Below, in pieces: positions 52,075-64,000 of a DNA stretch of 64,000 bases; the first letter of the stretch is position 1, and every line of letters starts with the position of its first letter. The DNA comes from Eledone cirrhosa (taxonomy: Eukaryota), in NCBI GenBank assembly GCA_964016885.1, contig OZ024740.1, positions 144,770,001 through 144,834,000 on the forward strand, given 5' to 3'. A program made the translations under genes and the position numbers. The notes under the pieces are model-generated. The model did not search any database and was not told where the DNA came from. It worked only from the letters and a program-made list of their open reading frames with translations.

Positions 52075-53348
52075 TAACATTTAGATTTCTAAAACTTCTT
52101 TATGCTATAAACTAGAGAGTAATAGCTATTTGTTGTAAAAGGTTTATTCATAAATGCAGTTAAATCCTTACATGAAGTACTTGAAATAAAACTAAATGTA
52201 TTTGGTATGTTATGAGATATTTTGAGTTTTTTGCTATTTTTGTGTTGTCCTTTAGTGCCCTGTCAGTCCCTTATCGAACAAACTTATGGTCAAAACATTC
52301 CAGTCATGTTCATCGTATCTTCTATATTGTGGAATCCATTGTTCAATGCATTTTTATTAGGATGTTTTTTGGGAAAAATTTGGCTGTTATTTCTAATAGG
52401 TTGAGGGAACACATTCACATTCTTTTGTGGGTGTCACTATTTTTAATTGAACTACAATTAATGGATTACGGACAGGAAAATATTTTAACCTATAAATCAA
52501 ACCACATCACTGACTAAAGGTAGACAACCTAGCAAATATCTTATAATATATGTTTTGTTTTTCTACACACACACACCATCATTAGTACCACCATTTTACA
52601 TCCACTTTTTAATGCTTGCATAGCTTGGACTATGTATATGTTCAACCCATGCATATACAAATATATATATATTTACACACACACAGATGTTAAGGAAAAT
52701 GATATATGAGGTATTTAGAGTTTTTACCTATTGTTGCGTTATTATTTACCCCATGTCAGTCTCTGATCAAGCAAACCTATTGTCCAATGTGTATCTTCTT
52801 TTTTTTAGATGGTAGGATGTTATTTGACGAAATTTGACTGCTGTTTCTAATAGGTGAAATGACCATGTTCGGGCTCCCTTGTTGACTTGAGTGTTGTCTT
52901 TAAAAAAAAAAAATTTTTTTTTTTTTTTTCTTTTGCATGTTTCACTCAGTAGACTGCGATCATTCTGGGGCATCACCTTGATTTAGTTGATCATATTAAT
53001 CTCGTACAGACTTTAAAAAAGAAATTTTAGTACTTATTTTATCAATCTCTCTTTTGTTGAACTTCTGAGTTAGAAGACTCAAACATGGACACACTTATAT
53101 ATGACAAACTTCTGCAGTTTCCATCTAAGAAATTCCTCTCGCAAGGCATTAGTCAACACCAATTGGTTGCAAAGCAAACTCTTTAACCAATAAAATCATT
53201 ATGTTGTTGATAAACATTGCTAGATAGAAAAATAAAATAGTATATAACAGCATGTGTGGCTTTTTTATGAATGTTTCTCTGTTTGTTTTCAGCAAAATCA
53301 GTTTAGTCATAAATGTTTTGATATTAATTGTCATTTTTTTATCGTTAG

Positions 53349-53535
53349 GTGTTTCGTCCGCGCACCCCATCAGAGGCCATTCAGTTAGTGAGCAAGTTGT
53401 TGGAATATACACCCTCTTCACGAATCTCTCCACTCGATGCCTGTGCTCATCCATTCTTTGATGATTTGAGGGATATAGGGTCTCGCTTACCTAATGGGCG
53501 AGATTTACCTCCTCTTTTTAATTTTACATCCCAAG
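53349..53535 (+). CDS. GSK3B: GSK-3 exon, 187 nt
   Basis: cgttag|GTG...CAAG|gtttgt. Encodes [62 protein letters not shown]. Ends phase 1. Confidence 0.96.
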
Positions 53536-54451
53536 GTTTGTATTTTAAACATTTTTTGTAATATTTTAACTTTTGGGAGCTGGAAAAATTCTTTCAATAT
53601 ACAGAATAATATATAAATGCTATTTAAAATTTGATAAAAACTTATCTGAACCTCTCAAGACAAGAAAAGCATACATCTTTTTGAAAAGAAACCAGCCCTG
53701 TATTTTTTCTAAATGTAGTAGCCCAACCATCTTATATGCTTTTTTGTTTTTGCTTTCTGTTCATGTAAGTGTGTGTGTGTGTGTTTGTATATGCATCCTT
53801 GTATATGTATTTATAATATTTTGGTTTAAGAATTTGACCCATACATAATCCACATATTGCTTTTCGTAAATACTTTTTTGCAACTTGGGTTGTGATTATA
53901 TTTAAAGGTAAAGAAATGTTTAGCTAAAAAAATCACAATTATTGCCTGTACAGTCTAGCAAATTTAGGATTATTAGCAATGTGTTTTTATGTCCTAAACA
54001 AACTGAATAACAGGTACTTTTAAATTGCAATATAGCATTTAATGAGTATTAGGATTACAGTCAACTAAGAGAAATCTATATCATCATCATCAACATTTAA
54101 TGTCCATTTTCCCTGCTAGCAAAGATTGAATGGGTCATCACAGACCAAGTCAGTGATACTAACTTCTCAAATTAGGCATACTTTCTTGTACTCTACCGAG
54201 TGCACTGTGTGCATTTTATTGAGGTACTTTTACTAGGTAGATTGTCATGTCTTTGACACATCTGAAGAGTCCTTGTAGCACCTTGTTAAGCAAGTTTTCT
54301 ATGGCTGGATAACCTTCCTATCATAGCCACTTATGTTTTACACATGTGGAAGCTAATTTAGTTTTCATGTGAGACTTCATCAATGTATATTTGATTATAA
54401 TGCTGAATTTTCATATAGACTGAATATTGGTATGAGCAACTCTCTGTATAT

Positions 54452-55155
54452 ATCATCATCATCACCGTTTTACGTCCGTTCTGCCACACTAGCATGGGTT
54501 AGACAGGTTGTCCTGTTGTGAGCAGTGTCCAGTCGGCTGATCTTGTCTTGCTCATACAGGAACTGATTCTGGCTTGATTTCTACAGCTGGATGCTCTTCC
54601 TAACACCAATCTCATTTACAGTGAGTGCTGGGTGCTTTTTTACCGTGGCGCCTACATGTCAGCTTTACAGTATGGGCTGGGTGCTTTTTTGTCATGGCAC
54701 CTCCACGACCACTTTGCAGTGGGAGGAGGTGGGGGCATATTGGGAGCATGCAAGCTTTGTTTCTTTCTAATCCACGCGGTCTTCTACAGACAGCGCCCAG
54801 ATCTCATTACCATGTAACATTGCTGTTCTTATACACACATCATACAGTCTGCCTTTCATTTTGAGGGAAAAGCCATTTGCAGCTAGCAGTGGCAGTAGCT
54901 CCCTGAACTTCTTCCATCCCGTTTTTACCCTAGTTATTGTACTTTCCGAACACCCTCCTCCGCTGCTAATTTGGTCACCTCGGTAGCAGAAGCTGTCTAC
55001 TGTTTCTACAGAGCCCTCCCAGAGTTTGGTGGTGATTGTTTCTTGTGGCCGTTTGCTACTTGCTGTCCCAGCGCAGCTGCTACATGTGAAGCCTACATTC
55101 TTAGTTAAACTTCCTGAGATCCCACTACATCTCTTGTGTTCCCATTGTTTGCATA
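54452..55155 (-). mobile_element. RTE-type LINE fragment, same subfamily as the 37736 copy, with an internal deletion
   Basis: ORF 54767-55165 is almost identical to ORF 37996-38781. About 350 bp is missing at about 54742 relative to that copy. Confidence 0.9.
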
Positions 55156-56748
55156 TTTCAGTCATTTTTAGTGAGTGCTGTGAATTTCAAGCCGAGAGCA
55201 GTTTAGGTATCATTACTATCAATGCATTTAATGTCTATTTTCTTTGCTTGCATTGTTTAGACGGGCTGTCACGAAATGAGGCTTGACCGATCAGGTGACT
55301 ACGTCTTGCTTGTATGCTTTGTTTTGGGCTTGACATCTATGGCTGGATGACCTTCTAAATACCAACCACTTTACCGTGTGTTCTGGGAGCATTTTATCAT
55401 GACTCCGGCATTACCACCTTACAGAGTGGTCTGGGTGCTTTTCCTCATGGCACCAGCACTACCACTTTACAGAGTAGGCTGGGTGCATTTTATTGTGGCA
55501 ACAGCACTACCTCATTACAATACTAGGGTGCTCGGTATGTCCTTAGGCTGGGAGGCATTGATGGGAGTGGGGGATGTAATAAAATGAGAGAGTGCTGGCT
55601 ATGTGGTGAGGGTGCATCTCTGTGGGGAAAGAAGCATCGGGTTATGGAGTTGTGCTTGAAGCAAGTGGATGTCTGACATTGTGGAATGTTCCTGGTTTTT
55701 TTGTATTTATCTAGGTTGGGAAATATCAATCAGAGATGGTTTGGGTGGGAAAAATGAAACCGAATGTTCACCCTAGCTTTCTATGCTGACATGGGTTGAT
55801 GCAGTTTTCTACACGTCTTAATGAAAAAACTGACTTGTCTATGAGTATGAACAGTATACATATTAGCAACAGAGAAAATGAGAGAATAAGTGGGGGAACA
55901 ATTGATATACAGATATTACTGGATAAATAGTAAATTTGTATTTGCAAATGTTGCCCTATAACACTCTTCTTATGAATGACACATCTAATTTCATCTTTTC
56001 TCATAGCAAGATTCTTTGTTTACAACAGAAGTAGTAGGTTTTAAAACTTCTTCACTACTTTACTCAATTATTAAACTTCATTAGCTTTATTTCAAGCAGA
56101 AAATGATGTTGCATATATAACACAATTAGTTTACTATTTCTAACATTTTATCTGAGTTGTCCATAGCTTTCATAGTCAAAAGCTACTTCTGTCGCTAACT
56201 ATGTCAGTAAATTTGATGTTATTTTTGTAAAGTGTTAATTTTAATGAACCTTATATGAAAATTATCATTAATTTTTTCTATGCTTTAATGTCTTTTCCAT
56301 CTCATTAATGGTTTTATTTGCAATTAAATATGTGCATTAAATTTCTTGATAGTATTTCTTAACTATTTTGAGACCAAACTGCCTGAAACTGTCTTGGGTT
56401 TAGGATTTTTAAAAAAATGTTAATTTTAAAATGATTATCCTTATAATAAAACTTTTCATCATAATTTTATTTTAGAAATTTTTCTTACATAATGTTCTAA
56501 ATATAAGCTTACTTATGTAAAAGTTACTTTATTAAATTCCACCAAATGTCTGGTTATTTATAAAATTGAAACACATAAGCAGTATATTTTATTAGAAATA
56601 TGGTGATGAATATAAATGAAGTGAAATAGCAGTTTGTCTTCTAATATTCAGTAATAAAATTGTAGCTTTTTCAATTTTTCAAATCTCATTTATCTCTTAC
56701 TTTCCCCTCAATGAAAACAATGTTTTTTGCTTTTTCTTTTCTACTTTA

Positions 56749-56875
56749 TACAGTGAAATTCACTGGGTATAAAAAAAAATTGTTGTAATGAGATCGGCCA
56801 AAACACCGAGCGTGTGGCCGGTGATTGAAAAAGATTTTGTTAAAGGGTGTTCGTTATAACGGAATTTTACCAGTA
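56749..56875. mobile_element. Small TA-flanked Tc1/mariner(pogo)-like MITE
   Basis: Left end ta-cagtgaaattc, right end ttcgttataacggaattttaccag-ta (imperfect TIR). Interior is CpG-rich, unlike the surrounding intron. Confidence 0.55.
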
Positions 56876-56890
56876 TCTCTTCTTTTTTAG

Positions 56891-56920
56891 AGTTGACAAT
56901 TCAGCCAAACCTTAATAATT
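56891..56920 (+). other. Duplicated start of the terminal exon with its own acceptor (candidate alternative acceptor or microexon)
   Basis: ctcttcttttttag|AGTTGACAATTCAGCCAAACCTTAATAAT versus ctcttctttttcag|AGTTGACAATTCAACCAAATCTTAATAAT 113 nt downstream. Confidence 0.8.
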
Positions 56921-57003
56921 GTAACCTTTTCAATTTTTCTCATATATCTTTTATAAGCCACCCCATCCCCCTCAAAATTCACTCTGTTTCTCTTCTTTTT
57001 CAG

Positions 57004-57188
57004 AGTTGACAATTCAACCAAATCTTAATAATGTGTTGATCCCACCACGTGCTCGACAAGCCAATTCTGATGAAGCTTCATCTTCTACTGGTGGGCCTGT
57101 GAACTCAGAAAGTGCTTCAGCGCCAAACTCAACCAGTGAAGCAGCAACTCCTCAAGGGGCCACAGGAGCTGCCGGTGGAAGTGCTTGA
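57004..57188 (+). CDS. GSK3B: GSK-3 terminal coding exon
   Basis: ctcttctttttcag|AG phase-1 acceptor. Encodes (E)LTIQPNLNNVLIPPRARQANSDEASSSTGG...GGSA then TGA; the LIPP motif and Ser/Ala-rich tail match GSK-3 C-termini. Confidence 0.93.
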
Positions 57189-59460
57189 CACAACAAGATT
57201 TTCAAAGGATCATTTCCAGCATTCAGATCTTTGAGAACACCATTGTTAATTCCACTGACTCGTCTTCTGCTGTCTGTAAACAAAAATTACAAAACTGACT
57301 CTAAGGAAGTAAAACAATGATCCATCTTCTTGTGTTCTGCTGTGCACAGCTGTTTACAAACTGCCAGAACAGACAGCCAGAAAGGCATGCACATACATAT
57401 GCACCACACACACATACACACACAACCACACACCTAAATACATTATTCCTACTATTAATTGTTCTAAATGGTTTACAATGACAGAAGTGAACAGTTTACA
57501 GTTTAGTACCATTTGAGTTGATTTTACTGCCCCAACAGTAGGATGTGTTGTTGACTTTCAAAACGGTTATTATGGAAGTCAGAGGACCTTCTGTATCAGG
57601 CATAAAAAAAAAAAAAAAAAATCTGTGTTCCTGGGCTATGAAGTTCCCCCTTACCCCTCATTGTTTTTTTTTATTTTGTTTCTTCCCATTTTGTTTTTGT
57701 TTTCTTTCTTTCTTGAGGTTCCAGTTGAGGGAGGCTGTTTGTATTGTTAATAGTCGTCTCTGTCCTCCACTGGTGTTGTGTTCTCTTACTGCTACTGACT
57801 GATGGTCGCCATTTGCATTGTAGCTGTTGCTGTTAGCAGCTTGTAAGTAATACTTAAAACTAACACACCCACCCACACTGCGACAACAGCAACAAGACAC
57901 CATTTAAAAAGACAAAATATGAGAAAATATCTTCAATCCCTCCCTTTTGCTTTTCTCTGATCCTTTCTCTCTCCCACTCTCTTCCTTTCTTTCTCTCTCT
58001 CTCTCTCATTCCTTCCATATTGTCATTCCTCTTCAGCTGCTATAACAAGTTCTATTTTAATCTGTTTTATTTCCTATCTCTTATTTATTTCGACGCATGA
58101 ACAAAAGAGTATATACAAAAGACAGAAGAATGTTAATGCTGATCTCTCCAGGAAATAGCTTTTAAGGGCTGTATACACACATGTACATATCTAGACATGT
58201 ACATACTCATAAATATGTGAATGTGTGTAAATATGTCTTTAAATATATATGACTTTTCAAAACAATAATTAAAAATGTTATAAAAGATCTTTATAAGAAT
58301 CTACATTTTTCTCTTTTCAAATAAACTTAGCAAGGGCGGGGAGTTAGTTTTCTAATTTATTTATTTTCTTTGGGGCTTTTGATTATATCCCTTTGATATT
58401 GTTTCAATTACACTACAGTGCAAGCAGATCTTATTAACATATTCAGCTGCTCCTGTTTTACAAGGCAGGAACTACTGCATTCTGCTAGTTATTTTCAGTT
58501 ACTATATATAAAAGTAATTTAGCTTTTATTGCTCCCTGTCAATTTTATTTAGAACTACTTTTTTTTTTTAATAAACTCAAGCTTACCTAGTAAAATAGTA
58601 AAACAATAAAAGAATGGAATGATAGGTATCTACTCCCAGCAACACCAGATTTCTTGTCTAATGTACCATGAAAAATAAAAAAAGAAAAAAAACAAACAAA
58701 AAGTCTGAAGTTAAATTTTTATTTAAAGAGAAAAGCAGGTAACTTAATTTTTGTATTGTGAAAAATGGCAGTTGATTTGTTTTGAACCTTTTCCAGTTGT
58801 AATAATTTTATTTATAAATTGATAATGCAAAGCTGCATTATAAATTGATAATGCAAATGTGGAGACCACAGAATGTTTAACCAGTCACTTGTTTAGCAGA
58901 TGTTACCATAAAAGACTGGGGAAATCTGTTGATTATTCTGTGAGTGTGCTTTATTAATAATCCTGTTCAGTGCTGCCCTCACTCCCATGACGATCACTTC
59001 CGCTATACCTACCACTTCCGCTATACCTACCACTTTTTGATTGAATGTAACTCTGTTCCTACTATTTGAAAACTTTCCCTACTGCTTATCAACGTTCCCT
59101 CTGTGCATTTAGAGTTGGGATGTAATTTTTTTTCTTTCTTGTAAATAGATTTGAAAAATGTTTCCCCACTTCCCTCAAAACCCAATAATGTATGTAGATT
59201 TATATTTCTCTCCTAGCAATCGTGATATTTGCTTTGGCAGCTTTTCTGCAGCTCACTGATTTTCAGCCACTCCCATTATGGCAAACATCTGTTTTTGGTC
59301 AATTAATATTTTGTGATCCTTTCAGCCTCAGTGCAATTATATCTTGACATTATGTAGTCAGACTGGATCTTCACCTGCTATTGTAGATTGGGTTTGCATC
59401 ACACCTACAGATTATTAGAAATAATTGGAATCATTAATTTTTAAATAAATAAACTTATTT
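57189..59460 (+). other. Probable GSK-3 3' UTR (3' end uncertain)
   Basis: Follows the stop codon. No recognisable TE until about 60540. Several AATAAA hexamers (about 58320, 58570, 58606, 58675, 59445). Confidence 0.5.
58995..59035. repeat. 18-bp tandem duplication in the 3' UTR
   Basis: cacttccgctatacctac twice, plus cactt. Confidence 0.9.
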
Positions 59461-62400
59461 TGTCCATATGAGCTTACTGTTTGGAATTTGCTGTCAATGT
59501 TGGCAGTTCAAAAGCCAACTGTTTTGTTTTCTCATTCATATCCATCTATAACACCATGCCTTACTGCTGTTGTAATGCTTCTCAACCACCACTGCAGTTT
59601 TCTTTTAGGGTTGTTTTATCTAATTTTGATTTCCACTTACAGACTTTCATACAATTGCAGGAATGATTGACCTGAAAGACAACCTGTACTATAAACCAAC
59701 TTTTGTCTGAAACATGTCTGGTACCTTTTTATTTCTCTCAATTCTGCTACTCTAGTTATTATATTTATAAAAAGAAAAAAAAAATTTTTTTTAACAGAGT
59801 GGTCAGTTTTGACCTGTCTCTTTTATATCTATTTTCCTTGATCAGGTTTCTATACCTCCTAGAACTGGACAGCTCTCAAATTTTTAAGGCTTATCTTTAG
59901 ATATTATGGTTCTGTGAGTTGTACTGATTGACTAATTTTTTAGCTTATATCTCCAACCTTATGACTTCTGGAAGTATACTTTAATTTGTACTGAATATTT
60001 TAATTCTCTTGGAATTAATTTCTATTGATTTTCATGGTTTGCATAGTTTATGTTAGTTGAGATTACTGACCTAGTCATAGCTTCCTATTAAAGGGTTTGT
60101 TTCATAGGTTTTCATATTACTTACTATTAAACTAGATTTGATTGTGCCAAACTTGCCACTTTCTTTGTATTTATTTAAGAATTTTGTCTTACTGCTTAAA
60201 AATATTTAAATCTTTCATAAGGGGCATTCAATGATTTATTTCCTTCCATCTTAGCAATTTAAGAATTGACAAATAATTTTATTGATTGATATAACAAATA
60301 TAATTCTCATTTTACACTGACTTTTGAAGAAAGAATTTACAAAACATTGTCAATGTTTACCTCCACATAAAACTGTCTTCATTTAATGTGAAGAAAATGG
60401 TATTGTTACTATTTGGAATATTTTTTAGCATAAGCCTTAGATTTTATTTCCAGAATATAGCTAACATTTTCTGAATGTTGAAAATTTATAAAGATTATCC
60501 TGTTTTATTCATTTCTGTCTTGCCAGCAATGGTTGAAGACATCATCATCAACATCTCTGTTCTATGCTTGCATGGGTTAGATGGGTTGCCATACTAAGGC
60601 TAGATTGATCAGGTAACTATGTCTTGCTTGTATGCTCAGTTTTTGGCTTGGTTTCTATGGCTGGATACCCTTCCTTTTAAAGTTGTGTGTGGTGGGAATC
60701 TAGAATTTCAATCTGCACACACATATATATATATATATATTTAAAATTTAACCACTATCATACTGGGGTGACTGCAATTATTTGTGATTGAATGGAAACT
60801 TCTGGCATGAGTTTGAAGTCATGATTACTACACATATAGATATATAAGACTTAGGACACTCCCACCACAAATATGTATTGAGCACTGTTAGGTTTTTATA
60901 TGATAAAAACAAAAATGTTGTGTGTGCCTATAAATTCCTACCAATGACGCCATTTAACTTTTCTCTTTTCTCCATTTTAGCTACACATGGCTGAGGTGGG
61001 GGGAATAAAGTGCTAAATTTTACTTAATTAATTTAGCTTGTTCCAGAGCTTTTTAACAGGAAACATAGAATATTTACAGCTTATGTGATATTTTTTACTC
61101 CATATTAACTAACAACATGGTAAATGTAAATATCTCCCTTTCTATGCATGTTGGTGTGTGTGTGTGTATGTGTATATAATCACTGTTTAATGTCTATTTT
61201 CCATGCTTGCATGGGTTAGATGGGCTGACACATTATGTGGCTAGAGAGGTGAGGTGTTCACGTCTTGCCCATATGCTCCGTTTTGGGTTTGGCTTTCCAT
61301 GGCTAGATGCCTTTCCTAATGCCAACCATGTTGCAGCATGGGCTCTATATATAGCATGATAAACTGCTCAATGGCTGTGGATGTTGTCTGTACAAAAATG
61401 AAAATGATAGTTTATCAATTACGCTTTCATGTGAGCCCTTAAGAATATTTTTGCTAAATGATTTGAGCATGCAAATGCTCCAGCTGATGATATAAAGGTT
61501 AAAATTCTTGATGTCTTGGTGCAGCATAGTGTTATGCATTTCAGATAGTGTGTTGTATCTTTTGACAAAATGCATTCTACTTGCTTCTACTAAACTAAAT
61601 GAGAAGCAAGTATTATTTCCAATGTTAGAAAAGGCTTTATTTACTCAGTAAGCAAGTCAGTTTCAATCCATGACACTATAAAATAGTGGATAGATGGGTG
61701 GAAAAGATGTGATTTTCTTAAATTTGTTATATATATTATATTTACATTTCAAGATTACCATTCATATAAATTTGTCACAGATAATAAAATGTTAATTTAT
61801 TTTATTTTCAAAACAGAATATTGTATATGTTATTTAGTAAAGTTGATTTATAGTTGTTCATATAATATCTAGTTCTATTTCATATATTGTTTTGAATATA
61901 TGGTAGCATGACATACATGTTATTACAAACACTGGAGCTGTATACTTCAATGCTGAGGATGTGAGGTCTAAGGCGAGAAAACGGAAAAAGATGTAGCCTT
62001 TTAACCCTTCATTAATTAAATTGATATCTAGTCTATTTTTGATGAAATATTCTGTATATTATTTTAATTAAGAATTTAGAGGAATTTATTAAAATTATTA
62101 TTTCATTATTAAGATAGTATTTGTAACATAAGTTAATAAAAAGTACTTATTATATAAAATTGTATTGGAAGATTATAATTTAATAGGAACCATTTAAAAT
62201 GTGTGGTTTTGTTTCGTGCAACTAGGGGCAATTTCAGGGTGGTTGGTATCAAATTGTTTAAGAATTAATATAATTTAACTATTCTGCTTAGTATGACAAT
62301 TCTATACATTTTGACCAATTTCTATACATTTTGTCTTTTTGAAGAACTTTACTAATAATCGCTGCTGCAATGTGTTCTATTGAGTTAAGTTCTTCTGGTT

Positions 62401-64000
62401 TAGCCAAATTGATTATTCTTAGATAAATTCTAAATATCTAATGAATTTCAGTGTCTTTATTGCTTTCTTACAAGTAGTCAAAGATAATATTATATTATTT
62501 ACATTAAAAATATGGTATCTCTGTATTCCATAATATATTACCAAAAATGAATCCTAATTTTCTAACTAGAAATCTCTCTTATCAAATAACAATGTGATTA
62601 GCTTTATCAATCAACTAAGTATAAGTCTGTTAAAGATCTTATCATTTAAAAAAAAAATCTTATTCTCCGTGAATTAATAATAATATTGCTTATTTCTTTT
62701 TTATCTGTCTTTAGCTATTTCCATTTTATTTGTTTGCAAATAAGGGCTGTCTTAATACCATTTTCTTTTTTTCCAAACCAACATACAGGATTTCTTTTTC
62801 AACCATATTTCTAACCCATTCTCTCTGCAGGTCTGCATTAATTCTATCATTTGTTATATACTACTGTTAAAGAATTTTATCCTTAAGCAGTTTATTATGA
62901 AACAGGTTTTCTTTTTTATACTGGCAGAATCTTTATTGGAACCATTGTTGCATCTTTATTTTCTTAGCAGATATTATGTTGTCTTCCATCATTATTTTTC
63001 TATCTTAGATATGATGTTAAAATTGGCATGTTGTCTTATAGTACAAGCTACTTGAAACTATAGTCAAAGGTTTGATCCTTTCATTCCTGGTTAGCCCATA
63101 TTCATCATTTATCAATATGAATGGTATAGCGACAACATCCAAATGCACATTAATGTGAACTATATTGCTGCAACTTTGATCAGTGGAGTAGATACAATAG
63201 AAAAAATTATGTGATGTATGCTATGGTATGGTTTATCATTAAATGTTAAGCCAGTTGGTAAAATAAACAAACTTAAGCTTAAAGTGTTCTAAAAACAAAT
63301 CCAATTGTGTCAATGATTTATGTATTATGTTCATACCAAAATCTTTCAGCATTTGAAATTTCTGGTTGTAGTCATTTTAATTGCTCTTGCTTTTTCTGAA
63401 AATAATAGCAAACAAAAATGCCAATATAGATGTTGTAAGAGGTTTCATGTCCATACCTCAGAATTAGTTATTCATATTTAGCTATGTCTAAGCATTAGCT
63501 TTAACCAAGGAACTATGTTTCTATTGGTCTTTCCATTACTGATACTATTTGTCAATGGCAACTCCTGGCAGAAGTGTCACTGTCTTTGTTGTGACAGGAG
63601 GCGAGATTTCAACTCAGAATATACAGAACCAGTAAATTGGCAGTATCATTAGAGCATTGGATTAACTCGTCATATCTTGTAATGATTTAACATAAAATAT
63701 CTAAAGATGAATTTGTAATATCTTTACTGGTGGACAGATTGTGAAATTTTGCAATAGAGTAAAGACTTCAGTTTTTAATGCGGCGCGGTCAGATTGCTGT
63801 TTTGTACTTTTCAAGAATGTCTTGCTAATGCGGTTTTGTGTGATACAGGATATTAAGAGACAAGTGTCTTGTTATTTATTCCGGCTCTTAATACTTCAAA
63901 TCCTGTTGAGGTTAACTTTGCCTTTCATCTTTTCAGTGTTGATAAATAAAGTACCAGTTGAGGGATAGGGGATTAGCAGGATGTTTTGCAGTATCTGATC

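Overview
AT-rich animal genomic DNA, most likely a coleoid cephalopod/octopod (inferred from the repeat families, not proven). The window holds most of a + strand GSK-3 (GSK3B/shaggy) gene: eight coding exons (19998-20188, 32627-32710, 36484-36594, 48224-48354, 49166-49272, 51764-51957, 53349-53535, 57004-57188), all with AG/GT boundaries and matching phases (1190 nt, about 396 aa). The first exon with the N-terminal inhibitory serine was not found and probably lies upstream. The introns are packed with mobile elements: RTE-type LINE fragments with (GAT)n tails, a near-intact antisense CR1-type LINE, CRE-type and Penelope-like remnants, tRNA-derived SINEs, three TTAA-flanked MITE families, a Helitron-like element and a TA-flanked MITE. 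The most interesting observations are (1) an old tandem duplication of the last splice acceptor whose exonic part differs only by synonymous changes and could give alternative or truncated C-termini, (2) a complete C4HC3 PHD-type finger inside the RT domain of the RTE LINEs, (3) a pri-miRNA-like intronic hairpin and (4) a roughly 1.1-kb inverted LINE pair that could form dsRNA in the pre-mRNA. Most short ORFs in the track are noise.
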